Under the pieces are notes generated by a model. It was not told the DNA's origin. It saw only the letters and a list, made by a program, of their open reading frames with translations, and ran no database searches. DNA of 64,000 bases from Eledone cirrhosa. Taxonomy: Eukaryota. Positions 52,723 to 64,000 of this stretch are shown piece by piece (position 1 is the first letter of the stretch; each line of letters begins with the position of its first letter). The position numbers and the translations under genes are program-made. Location: assembly GCA_964016885.1 (NCBI GenBank), contig OZ024747.1:70060001-70124000 (forward strand), written 5' to 3'.

Positions 52723-54035
52723 TAAAGTATGGCCTAGAATCAAAAGGCCTTAAAGTTAACTTGTCTAAGACTAAAGTCCTAGTTTGTAGAAAGGAAAATA
52801 AGGCACAAGTACCCTCAGGGAAATGGTCTTGCTCAGTGTGTAGGAAAGGAGTAGGCAGAAATTCAATTTTATGTCCCAAATGCAAAGTATGGGTACATAA
52901 AAGATGTAGTGGGATCACAGGTAAACTATCTAAGAACGTAGACTTTATATGTGGCCGATGCTCAGGTGCAATAGGTACCAAGTGTCCACAGGATACTAGC
53001 CCCTTCTATTGCCCAGATGGTTCTATAGAAATAGTAGACACTTTCCGTTGCATGGGTGACGAAATCAGCAGTGGTGGAGGGTGTTCTGAAAGTACAGTAG
53101 TCAGAGTCAGAACGGGATGGAAAAAGTTCAGAGAGCTTATACCGCTGTTGGCCACAAACGGTTTCTCTCTAAAAATGAAAGGCAGATTGTATGATGCATG
53201 TATACGAACAGCAATGCTACATGGCAGTGAGACATGGGCATTACGTGCAGAAGACCTGTGTAGACTGGAAAGGAACGAAGCATGCTCCATCCGTTGGATG
53301 TGTAATAGTAATATACGTGAACGGCAAAGCATAAATGAACTAAGTGAGAAATTAGGAATAAGAGGGATCAGATGCTGTTTACTCGAAAGAAGACTATGTT
53401 GGTATGGCGAAGTGATGGGCATGAAAGACAACAGTTGTATAAAAAAGTTCAGGGCGATAAAAATTGATGGTAGTTACGGAGTAGGTAGAACCAGAAAAAC
53501 CTGGGACAATCTGATAAATTCCGACCTTACACATTTACACCTCTCTAAGACAATGTCACTGGGCCGAGAGTTTTGGCGCTATGCAGTAATACAGAAGACA
53601 CACCTTGCCTATGTACAAAGTGAAAGCTACAGTCAGTAATCACCTCTTAACCAAATATACACCCCAATCCACTACCCCTACCATATCCTCCCACTCCCAC
53701 CAACACCACTCTCTCTCTATAAAGTTGGTACCACAACATCCAGTCCAAATTAATGAGATAAATGAGATCGAGATTGAGATCGTGTCGGTGTCACGAGAAA
53801 AAAAGACACACAGTCCACGCTGTAATGTGGGCGTGTAGTTAACACGGTAAAGTTCCCAGTTCCACACTGTAAATGTGGTTGGTGTTAGGGAGGGCATCCA
53901 GCCGTAAAGAACCTGCCAGATAGTCCTATATGAGCGAGACATGGTCACTCGACCACCCTTGCCTCAAGTGGGACAACTCCCATCTAACCCATGCTAGCAT
54001 GGAAAATGGACGTTAAACGAAGATGATAATGATGA
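52723..54035 (+). mobile_element. 5'-truncated RTE-B LINE (zinc finger + RT C-terminus, ~400-nt 3' UTR)
   Basis: ORF 52761-53639 with CSVC-CPKC-HKRC-CGRC; shared terminus and (GAT)n tail. Confidence 0.93.
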
Positions 54036-54055
54036 TATATATATATATATATATG

Positions 54056-54246
54056 GGAAAAAGTATGACCCCGACGGCAGAGTTCAAGCCGTTTTGACGG
54101 CTATTTCTGGACTCAGAAATAGACGTCAAAACGGCTTGAACTCTGCCGTCGGGGTCATACTTTTTCCTATTTCCCACTCTACTACCCTAAGTATTGAGTA
54201 CTCTGGTGCGTTATGGTCCATCTGGTTCCTTACCACAATTCCTTTG

Positions 54247-54250
<4 letters not shown>
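54056..54250. mobile_element. Fold-back pseudo-LTR insertion of the PLE family (54-bp arms) in (TA)n
   Basis: Arms 54056-54109 and 54114-54167 with 1 mismatch, then the family tail to ...CCTTTGTTA. Confidence 0.9.
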
Positions 54251-54280
<30 letters not shown>

Positions 54281-54509
54281 TCATTTCATTTTACATCCGC
54301 TTTTCCCTGCTTGCATGGGTGGGACGGGAACTGATTCTGGCTTGATTTCTACAGCTGGATGCCCTTCCAAACACCAACCTCATTTACTGTGGAATGATAT
54401 GGACCCCAGTCCTATCATCTCATTTCTACAGCTGAGTAAACTGGAGAAATGTGAAATAAAGTGTCTTGCTCAAGGAAACAACACATCACCCGGTCTGAGA
54501 ATTGAACTC

Positions 54510-54594
<85 letters not shown>

Positions 54595-54629
54595 ATATAA
54601 GATCAAAAGATGGTTAAAAGAGTTCCATG

Positions 54630-54700
54630 TATTTTATTATGCGCATTTCAAAAACAAATATCATCATGCAATAACATTTGCGTTTTCGTCAGATAAAATA
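54630..54700 (-). ncRNA. Canonical type I hammerhead ribozyme; predicted cleavage after AUA (between 54638 and 54637)
   Basis: Minus strand reads TATTTTAT-CTGACGA-long stem II-GAAA-TGCGCA-TA-ATAAAATA, giving a perfect 8-bp stem I and a palindromic stem III. Confidence 0.82.
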
Positions 54701-55853
54701 GGGAGACATGATATGAAGGTTAAAACACACTTGTGAATAGTGCAGTTTTAAATCAACATATATATATATATTGCGGTAAGAATTTTTTCTTATATCAAAG
54801 TTTAATGGGCTTCCACTGAAGATTTATAAGTGCCCACCTAAATATATTCTTAAATGAATATATGTTAGGCTTCTACATAAACTGGAAACATTCTCCCAAT
54901 TTGTAGAAAACTTATAATGAAACAATTGTTTGGAAAGAGAGATACATTTTAACTTTAATTATATCTCATAAAATAATACAACTGGCTTTCCACAAAATAC
55001 ATATAGTTAGCATCTCAAACACTTAAATTGGGTTTATACTAACATATAACCTAATGTTTGTTGAGTGAGATGGTTACCAGTCGGAGTTCAGCTTAAAGCT
55101 ATCTCTGTTATTGTATTAAACATATATATATATATATACACACACACAGTCAGAGAGAGGAAGGAAGAGCAAGCAAGAGAGAAAAGAGAACAAGACTAAA
55201 AAGCTAGCTGAGATTTCAAAAAAAAATTTCTATCACTGCTATGGAATTTCGGTATATTCACATGTATACTGATTATATACATATATATATATATGTTCAT
55301 GTCTATGTCAGTATGTGTATGTTTAGGTGTATGTCTTCTTCTGTACATGTGTGTGTGTGTATGCATATGTAAGTGTGTGATAATTTCTATTCTTCTCTGA
55401 ATAAAAGCAAACCTTGATAGAATCTGTAATGCAGTTTCATTTTAATTGTTGTTGTTGTTTGTTGTTTTTGTTGTTGGTGGTGTTGTTGTTTATTGTTGAT
55501 GTAATATTGTTGTTGTTGCTGTTGTTAAGTATCTGATAGATGACCAGAAATGAGTAATGGTTCAAAATAGGTCAATTACGGCCATTCCATAGGGTCGATC
55601 TATGGCAGCTGTGATGAGCTGTTTGCATGTGAAGCAGTAAAAAGATGCAACTGTGCCTAACACATTATATTGGATTGACAAAATGCTTGACTGGACTAAG
55701 TTAGCAGCCACCCAGGGAATAATTAATTTCATATTCACATAAGCATACAAACCTATGCATACATATATAACCATCATCGTATACTTCGATAGAGATATTT
55801 GTGGCTGCATGCAAACACATACATATGTATATATATATATATATGTGTGTGTA

Positions 55854-55936
<83 letters not shown>

Positions 55937-55985
55937 AATGAAAGGTATAGAGATTGTTTTAGCGAGAAGCTAATAGTATTCTATA

Positions 55986-56021
<36 letters not shown>

Positions 56022-56175
56022 TATGTATATATATATATATCTATATATAGTAAACAGTTCTTTAGGAAGGGAAGAACCCAATTTGTTTGTCTACATCTAA
56101 TTGAAAATTTAATCTTTTATACATATGCATGTGTGCATGTATGTATATATATATATACAGAGACATATATATATA

Positions 56176-56253
<78 letters not shown>

Positions 56254-56348
56254 AACATAGATATGAATGTATGTATGTAGATACACTTATCTTCCTCATC
56301 ACCATCATTATCATTTAACGTCCACTTCTTCTGCTAGAAAAATATATA

Positions 56349-56433
<85 letters not shown>

Positions 56434-56949
56434 TTGTGGAACAGCTATACTACAGATCAGCAATTTCTTTTTTTAATGGCTCTTTTGACATTTTTAGTTT
56501 TGCCTATGGCCCACAAAATACATTACATCATACCTTACACTTACTAACTTTGAATGGTCCAAGGCCTACAGGGAGTGCTTCCATGGCCAACTTGTGCACT
56601 CTACACCACTTATTGTCGACTCCTGATATACACATATGTTTATTTTAACATGAGTTTCTTCTTAAACATCACATGTAACCAAGCAAGGCACATGCAATGC
56701 CTCTAGCAGTATCCTATGCATGAGCCTTGGCATAAATGACTTCTACAGATATATACCATTCTACAAGTAAAACACCAGTAGGTAAATGCTATAAAATATC
56801 TGCATCTTTAGCTCATGGGAAATAATATCATAATACTGTACTGTTGATGAATGAGCAGAGCTGTTCAAGAACATATTTTGATCAGGAACATACTATGTCA
56901 ATGTTGGTGTCATGTTGGATAGAAATCTTCCGAGCTTGACATATGTATG

Positions 56950-57241
56950 TATAAAATTGACATATGTACAGACATCGATAAGTCTATATATATATATATA
57001 TATATATGTGTGTATATGAATGTGTATGTATACACATATATATATATACACACATACATACATATATACATATATACATACATATATACATACATACATA
57101 TATACATACATTTATATATACATATATACATACATATATACATACATATATACATACATATATACATACATATATACATACATATATATATATACATATA
57201 TACATACATATATATATACATATATACATACATATATATAT

Positions 57242-57284
<43 letters not shown>

Positions 57285-57389
57285 TATATATTCATATATA
57301 TATACATATATATTGATACATATATACATGTACATATATATATGAATATATATATATGTGTATATATATATATACATATATATATACAC

Positions 57390-57420
<31 letters not shown>

Positions 57421-57464
57421 TAGAGAGAGGGGTGAGAGAGAGACAGACAGAGAAATAGACACAC

Positions 57465-57496
<32 letters not shown>

Positions 57497-57500
57497 GACA
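56950..57500. repeat. Compound microsatellite: TA/CA with a 12-bp TATATACATACA unit, then (GA)n and a ~30-nt C run
   Basis: Directly visible. One of many (TA)n/(CA)n tracts, e.g. 28560-28790, 40880-41070, 55820-56430. Confidence 0.95.
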
Positions 57501-57789
57501 CCCACACCCACCCACCCACCCACCACTGTCATCATCAACATCATCCTAATAATAAACCAGTAACAACCATATCCTAGACAATGTTACCTACTCAACTTCA
57601 CTGTGACTATATCTGATTATCTTGTAGGTTTTATATAGAGAAGTAAAACACAAACTGAAAGAAAACACCTCTTCTTTACCATGCACATGTACTCTTCCAG
57701 TCATCTCCTTTAGACTATTAACTACTGCAGCTGTTGCTGCTACTACTGCTGCTACTGCTACTACTACTAGTACTACTACTAATAATAAT

Positions 57790-58670
57790 TATTTCTACTT
57801 TTGGCACACGGCCAGCTATTACCCCAGGGTATTACTGGTACTTTATTTTATCGACCCCGTAAGGATGAAAGGCAAAGTTAACCTCGGCGGGATTTGAACT
57901 CAGAACATAAAGGGGAGTAACCCTATGCCATGAAGCATGGTGTCCAATGCTCTACTGATTCTGCCAATCCACTGCCCTTATACTACTACTACAAATAATA
58001 ACAATAATAATAATAATAATTGTTTCTACTTTAGGCACAAGGCCAGCAATTACCCAGTGCATTACTGGTACTTTATTTTATCGACCCCGTAAGGATGAAA
58101 GGCAAAGTCAACCTCGGCGGGATTTGAACTCAGATCGTAAAGGGACGTAACTATGCTGGAAAGCATGGCGCCCGACCCTCTACCGATACTGCCAATCCAC
58201 AATGATTTCTACTATAGGCACAAGGTCAGAAATTTGGGGACAGGAGAAAGTCGATGAAATCAACTTCAGTGCACTACTGGTGCTTTATTTTATTGACCCC
58301 GTAAGGATGAAAGACAAAGTTAACCTCAGCAGGATTTGAATTTAGATCGTAAAGGACCATAACTCCATGCTGCAAAGCAGGGTGTCCAATGCTCTACTAA
58401 TACCACCGCGCTAATAATAATGATAATAATGATAATGCTTCTACTGCTGCTGTTTCTTCTGCTACTACAAATAATAATAATTGTTTCTACTTTAGGCACA
58501 AGGCCAGCAATTATCCCAGTGCATTACTGGTACTTTATTTTATCAACCCCGTAAGGATGAAAGGCAAAGTTAACTTCGGCGGGTTTTGAACTCAGAATGG
58601 CAAGGGCAGTAACTCTACGCGTCAAAGCATGGTGTCCGACCCTCTACCAATACTGCCAATCCACCGCCCT
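57790..58670 (-). mobile_element. Four same-orientation SINE family 1 copies within an (AAT)n/(CTA)n/(CTG)n tract
   Basis: Copies at ~57790-57978, 58019-58200, 58201-58410 and 58479-58670, each with core and A/B boxes. Confidence 0.9.
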
Positions 58671-59289
58671 CAAATAATAATAATAATAATAATAATGCTG
58701 TTGCTACTGCTGCTGCTGCTGTTGTCATATTCACTCATTAGTGTAAGTATTGCAATTATTCATTTTGAATAATCTTTCTCTTCCTGCTCCATCATCTTCA
58801 TCAATCATCATCATCATCATAACACCCAACCCCACCACCATCATCCCTAGTCATCAATATCTTCATCGTCATCACCATCAATATCGTCATCATCATCATC
58901 AACCTCATCTGCAGTATCAACTCTAAGATTATCTTCATCCTTGTAGTCATCCCCTGCCCTGTCCCCATCACCCCCTCTGCCTCATTATAATAATTTCCAT
59001 CATTGTTCAAATTGGCTCTGCCACCACCACCACCACCACCACCAACATCATCATCATCATCATCATCATCATCGTCGTTATCAACTTCATCCTCATCACC
59101 ATCACCCTCATCACTGTCCTGTACCTCTACAATAATCACTATCATTACTATCCTCTTCCCAACTGCTATTACCTCTCAGAGCTGCTGACCACTGCTAGAA
59201 ACAGCAATAATAATAATAACAATCAGTGTCAGTGAACAACAACAAAATCTATAAATACATCTACATCAGCAACATCAACAACATACATA

Positions 59290-59610
59290 CATGCTAGTCA
59301 TCCGTCAGTTCTAACGATGAGCTTTCTATTTGATTCTATCAATGGAATATTCTGCTAGTGAAATTAACATGAAAGTTACTGAACATTCCACAGACACGTG
59401 CACTTGTAATGTAATTCTCAATGAGATTCTGTATGACACAGTGTGGGACAATGCTGCCCTTTCAATTACATAGTAAAATACATTTTTGCCTGCTGAGTAG
59501 ACTGGAGCAACAGGAAAAATAGTGTCTTGCTCAAAAATACAATGCACTACAAGAAATCAAACTCGCAACCTTACATTTATGATCCAAACACTATAACCCC
59601 TAAGCCACAG
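59290..59610 (-). mobile_element. SINE family 2-like, decayed
   Basis: Minus strand GTGGCTTAGGGGTTATAGTG...GAGTTTGATT...TTGAGCAAGACACTATTTTTCC. Confidence 0.65.
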
Positions 59611-60434
59611 ACATTTACATACATACATATCTACATACATTCGATCATACATACATATATGATGGCTGCAAACTCTGCTAAGAGTATTGCAATCACTTGT
59701 CAGATTACAGAAAATGGTGCACTTCTAGGCTACGGCCAGCCACACAAACCTGTAACAGATCCTGAACAAGCAAGGCCTGTGCTTTGTAAGATTTTTAATT
59801 GGGGAAAGGGCTTGCACTCGACCAATCCCATTCTCTGAGCATCAAAAACACTATCCGAAAAGGAGAACTATTCAACATCATCAGACACTTCTGAAGTTGC
59901 AGTTTCCCTCTCTACATACATATATACATACATACAAACAGACATACATATTTACTTATACATACCTACATGCATACATACATATATATATACATACATT
60001 CATGTGGTTTTGGTAAATTGGCACAAAAGCGACATCAATTACATTTTTAAAAACATACTCTCTAAAAGATAAAATTATGTTTATGATCAGGGCCTTGTTC
60101 TTCAACGGTAGCAAGAGATCTGTTTGAAGAAGGGAGGCCTGCTCAAGGAAGGTGCTTTTTGGAGAGTGGGGTGTGCCTGTTGATGAGGAGGCCCACATCT
60201 TAATGATGAAATAATTTTTAATTTTAGTAAATTCCTCCACAATTTTATTAATGTCAATACAATGTATTTCATTAGAAATATGGTAATTAAAGGGTTAAAA
60301 ATATGGAATGTTGATGGAACAGTGAAATAAAGCATCAACAACAATTAATATCAATAACTTGTTTAGAGGAAAAAGACAATCATCTATAATGAACAAATGT
60401 AAAACTTCCAGCATTGAATTCTGGATATAAATTC

Positions 60435-60775
60435 TAGTCAGTAGGCACCTCTTAACCCAATATACATACTGTACCCCCTACTCCACCCTCCCACTTCCGT
60501 CCACTGTAAAGTGATTGTATAGGTGACATGACAAAAAGCACCCAGTCCACACTGTAAAATGGTCATGTAGGAGACACCTTAGAAAGACTCCCAGTCCACA
60601 CTGTAAATGTGGTTGGTGTTAGGAAGGGCATCCAGCCTCAGAAAACCAGACAGAAACAGTTCTGTATGAGTGAGACATGGTCATCCGACCAATCTTGCAT
60701 CAAATGGGACAAACTCGTCCAACCCATGCTAGCATTGAAGATGGACATTAAACGGTGATGATGATGATGATGATG
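60435..60775 (+). repeat. RTE-B 3' UTR copy with (GAT)n tail
   Basis: AGTCAGTAGGCACCTCTTAACC start as at 29299; shared terminus. Confidence 0.85.
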
Positions 60776-60802
60776 TGTACCTATTATTATAGGTTCACTC
60801 AG

Positions 60803-61017
60803 GGTAATGGATTAGCAGTATCAATAGAGGGTCGACCGCCATGCTTTTCAACATCGAGTTACGGCCCTTTATGATCTTAGTTCAAATTCCGTCAAGGTTA
60901 ATTTTGCCTTTCATCCTTATGGGGTCGATAAAATAAAGTACCATCCATGCACTGGAGTCAATTTAATAGACTTTCCCCTCCCCGAATATTGCTGGCCTTG
61001 TGCCTATATACGAAACC
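60803..61017 (+). mobile_element. SINE family 1 (long variant) with 20-bp target-site duplication
   Basis: ATTATTATAGGTTCACTCAG at 60783-60802 and 61018-61037. Confidence 0.9.
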
Positions 61018-61699
61018 ATTATTATAGGTTCACTCAGTTATTTAAAAACAGATTTACATAAAGGCCTGAAAATGTCGAGTGGTGATCAAAGAAAGAACAA
61101 AGTAATATGACTTGCAATTCAAATTTATCAGTTAGTTAAGATTCGTACAACATTCAAAAAGATTCCCTATTACAGTAACCTTGAATGAACACACAATCAC
61201 ATGTATGAAGACTAATCATATCCACTTACATACTAATGAGTTATGTACGCGTATGAAGAGTAATCAAATGCGCTTAATTACTGAAGAGTTATGTACCTCT
61301 ATTTCATGAGGGCAACATATCCACACATACATTTACATGTATTTACATACTATCTTACTCACAACTCCATGAAATTGTTGTGACTCAAACAAAAAGGTTT
61401 TGTTATCAGTTTGAAGTTTGTGAAAAAATACTTAAATGATTCTTGAAGAATGTGTTTCTCCAAAACCTTTGTGAAGCATTGTTGTGGTACCTGATGAGCA
61501 GGCAGAAGGAATGAAATGTGTCTGTCAAATTTTTTCCTCATCAAAGAAGCTGTCTCTTTCAACATGAAACAGTATCCCCAAACTCTTTTAATGGTATGGC
61601 TTAGCTATAAGAAATCTTTTGATTATAGTGTTACCTACCCCTTGTCAAGGTTCTTTCTGCTATAGTTTATGGCATTGATAAACAGGCTATCACTTAGAA

Positions 61700-62480
61700 T
61701 TAAAACTATTAGAAGAGCAAAAAGAATTAAATAATTGACATTATTATTCCATGATGTCAACTTGTCTCTAATTCTGTAATCGAAATCAGAACTGTCAACA
61801 TTTAATAAGACTAGTGCTAGTACCAGTGTTGAGAACAGAATACTGGAAACCTGAACAGATCGGCAGCTTAGATGTCAAAATTAGGAGAAAATTTACCACC
61901 ATTAGTAAAATTCACATCAATAATGTCACTGATAATGACAGAAAGAATAGCTTCTAGTGTGATAGATACATCCCACCTAATAGGAACAGTTACTAAATAT
62001 TTGGTCAATAAAAAATACAAGAAACCTCAAATTGTGAAAGAAAATGTTAATTTTGATAAATCAGCTGCTGCATCAAAATGTCTACAGGCTACTTCTTTCC
62101 CATGAGACGTTACATTTCCACAGAACCTAATTACAATGTTATTCACAGATAGGGTTGTTATACAAAAAGATACCCCATAACTAGAATGTACCTACACCTT
62201 TAAAAATACAGAATAGTGATGGATCAAACCAATACAAAAAGAACCATTTGGTGTAAACATAACAGAATTGATATTGTTGTATGAGACAAAAGAGCATAAG
62301 TCATGCTGTAGAGATCATCTGCATAGATTTTAATAACTCTTCTGAAGCAGTGAAGAAAGAGAATATCTATGGTAAACTAATGCAGAAATTACACAACTGT
62401 TATCAAAGCTATGTAAAATCCATTCGAATATATTTGCATAAAAGCCTTGAAATCCTGGGGTATTAAAAAAAAGGACAAAG
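61700..62480 (+). pseudogene. Old R4/Dong-like LINE remnant (thumb to RLE)
   Basis: Hand translation gives VPVL...WKPEQIGSLDVKIRRKFT and HNRIDIVV*DK...VEIIC...KKENIYGKL, colinear with 12650-13700. Confidence 0.55.
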
Positions 62481-62963
62481 CAAACTGACTTCTATTCACC
62501 AAATTCAATAAATTCATAAAATATTCCAAGTACTTGCTATTTCAGTTTAATTAAATGAACATATAAACACATTAAAGTATGTATATGGCATGCACACACT
62601 CACATGAAAAAAATAATTTGCACAGTCCTAGGTACTAAACAGTTATGTATACCAATTACATGACTGCAATTATATCCACACATGCAGAGTTATATATATG
62701 CACATACTAGATTACATTCTCAAATCCATGGAACTGTTTTAAGTAAAAAAAAAGTCTTTTGATCTTATTAATAACTGCTTTAAATATGGTGAAGAAATTA
62801 AATAAATCTCAAAGTAAAACACACATATAAATGTGTTTCTCCAAGCTCACTGTGAAACAAAGACGTGGGGACTGATGAGTAGACAGGTGTGAAGGAAACG
62901 CCTGTGCCAAACGTTTCTTCAGCAACAAAGCTGATGATTCTCCCCCACTCTCATATATATATA

Positions 62964-63116
62964 TAACAAAGAGAGTGTGGTAAGATACCAGGGGGACCAT
63001 AATGCACCAGGGTTTTCAACACTTAGATTCCTACCATTCTAATACTGGTGGCTTAGTTCGCATCTAGCTGTCGAAACAGCCAGAGCTCAGCCGTCGGGGT
63101 CCTCACTCATTTCCTA
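62964..63116. mobile_element. Short inverted pseudo-LTR insertion of the PLE family in (TA)n
   Basis: Reverse complement of the family terminus, followed by forward TAGCTGTCGAAACAGCCAGAGCTCAGCCGTCGGGGTCC. Confidence 0.82.
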
Positions 63117-63279
63117 CATATATATACATAGCTATCAACCTTAATGCATTGAAACAGTAGTGATTTCCAGAAGTTGACTGAGGAGATGGGTTTGTCTATC
63201 TTTCCAATGTTTTTCCATTGTTTTTAACCTGTGCCCCCCCCCCTCCATTTTGAATATACATATTTATATCTTTTTATTC

Positions 63280-63850
63280 TCTTCTTCGCCTACTTATTCC
63301 TGAGAAGGTGGTTGGGCCAGAGTCCTCAATCACTCCTTTCAATTGAATCCTGTCAGAAGCAAACATTTCAAACTGATCAAGCTGGATCCCCAAGTGAGAC
63401 AAGCCAAGCTCGAAGTCTACCCCTGTGTCCTTTACTGGTTGGTTTTGCTCATAAAATCTGTCCAGCAATTCTTTCTTTGAGACATTCTAACCACATACCT
63501 ATAGTATCAGAGCTGTGATCTCTCTATTGAGAAAAGTAGCAACTCTACCCAGAGGGACTCACTGATCTCCAAGCTATGCAATGTATTCATTAACTTAACT
63601 CAAAAGACCCTTCAGATGGACTCCATTTCAGCTGTTTGTATCTGCAATTGTATTCGTTTGTTCACTACCCAAGATACATGACCATAATTAAGTGTTGGCA
63701 CAAATACCGAATTGAAGATAGCAAGTTTGGCTTTTACACCTACCTCACTTTTCCTGGTTACTGAATACTAAAGCTGATGTATTTCCACACCAGCTCCAGC
63801 AATTATTGTCCATAATATAGCCTCCTGCCTTCCATAGTTTCTTTGCTCAT
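63280..63850 (-). pseudogene. Decayed Expander/Rex3-like RTE C-terminus
   Basis: KAKLAIFNSVF/VPTLNYGHVSWV...IQTAEM...LLFSIERSQL...VVRM...KPTSKGHRGRLR. Confidence 0.8.
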
Positions 63851-64000
63851 TTGACTGAGAATAGATGGGGCTATCTCTAAGTTCATTTATCTGTTGTGAA
63901 GTATGCAGTGCATGTTGCCTGCACCTTGAGAGGTGCCAACACAGCCAATGCGTAATACTTAGTCAAGAACAGTGTTGATCAGGGAGTTTAACTGGCTTGG

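Noticed and set aside
51234-53431. Minus-strand ORFs overlapping RTE RT (also 794-1240 and 12759-13142)
   Set aside because: Antisense shadows of retrotransposon coding frames.
54810-54900. CTGAAGA...hairpin...GGAAAC hammerhead-like string
   Set aside because: Stem II register is off by several bases and no stem I partner follows the putative cleavage site.
56893-57577. Long Y/I/H/T/C/V-rich ORFs here and at 7023, 28371, 40821 and 56062
   Set aside because: Translations of TA/CA microsatellites that lack stop codons; not genes.
57790-58670. CRISPR-like repeat array
   Set aside because: Units are ~190-bp SINEs in eukaryotic DNA, with no repeat-spacer periodicity or cas genes.
58801-59188. 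Asp/Gly-rich or Ser/Pro-rich ORFs
   Set aside because: Degenerate (CAT)n/(CAC)n tract with no splice or domain support.

Overview
AT-rich, microsatellite-dense eukaryotic DNA with no supportable host protein-coding exon. The repeat families and the (TA)n/(CA)n/(GAT)n/(AAT)n load suggest an octopus or other coleoid cephalopod genome (inference). Every recognisable ORF is a retrotransposon or its remnant: a 5'-truncated R4/Dong-type LINE (RT + RLE, 12039-13990) in (TAA)n; several RTE LINEs, including a 546-aa RT with an inserted C4HC3 (PHD-like) finger (51016-52656); decayed Expander/Rex3-like RTE, CRE-like and second R4-like copies; and at least five Penelope-like element (PLE) remnants. There are also two tRNA-derived SINE families and three copies of a TTAA-flanked piggyBac-like MITE. 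The most notable signal is non-coding: hammerhead ribozymes in PLE termini inserted in (TA)n. These are a complete type I hammerhead with a compensated U3-A8 core at 38968-39061 (+), a canonical type I hammerhead at 54630-54700 (-), decayed ones, and five short derived copies (four of them fold-backs), some starting at the predicted GUC cleavage site. Most short ORFs in the track are microsatellite or antisense artefacts.
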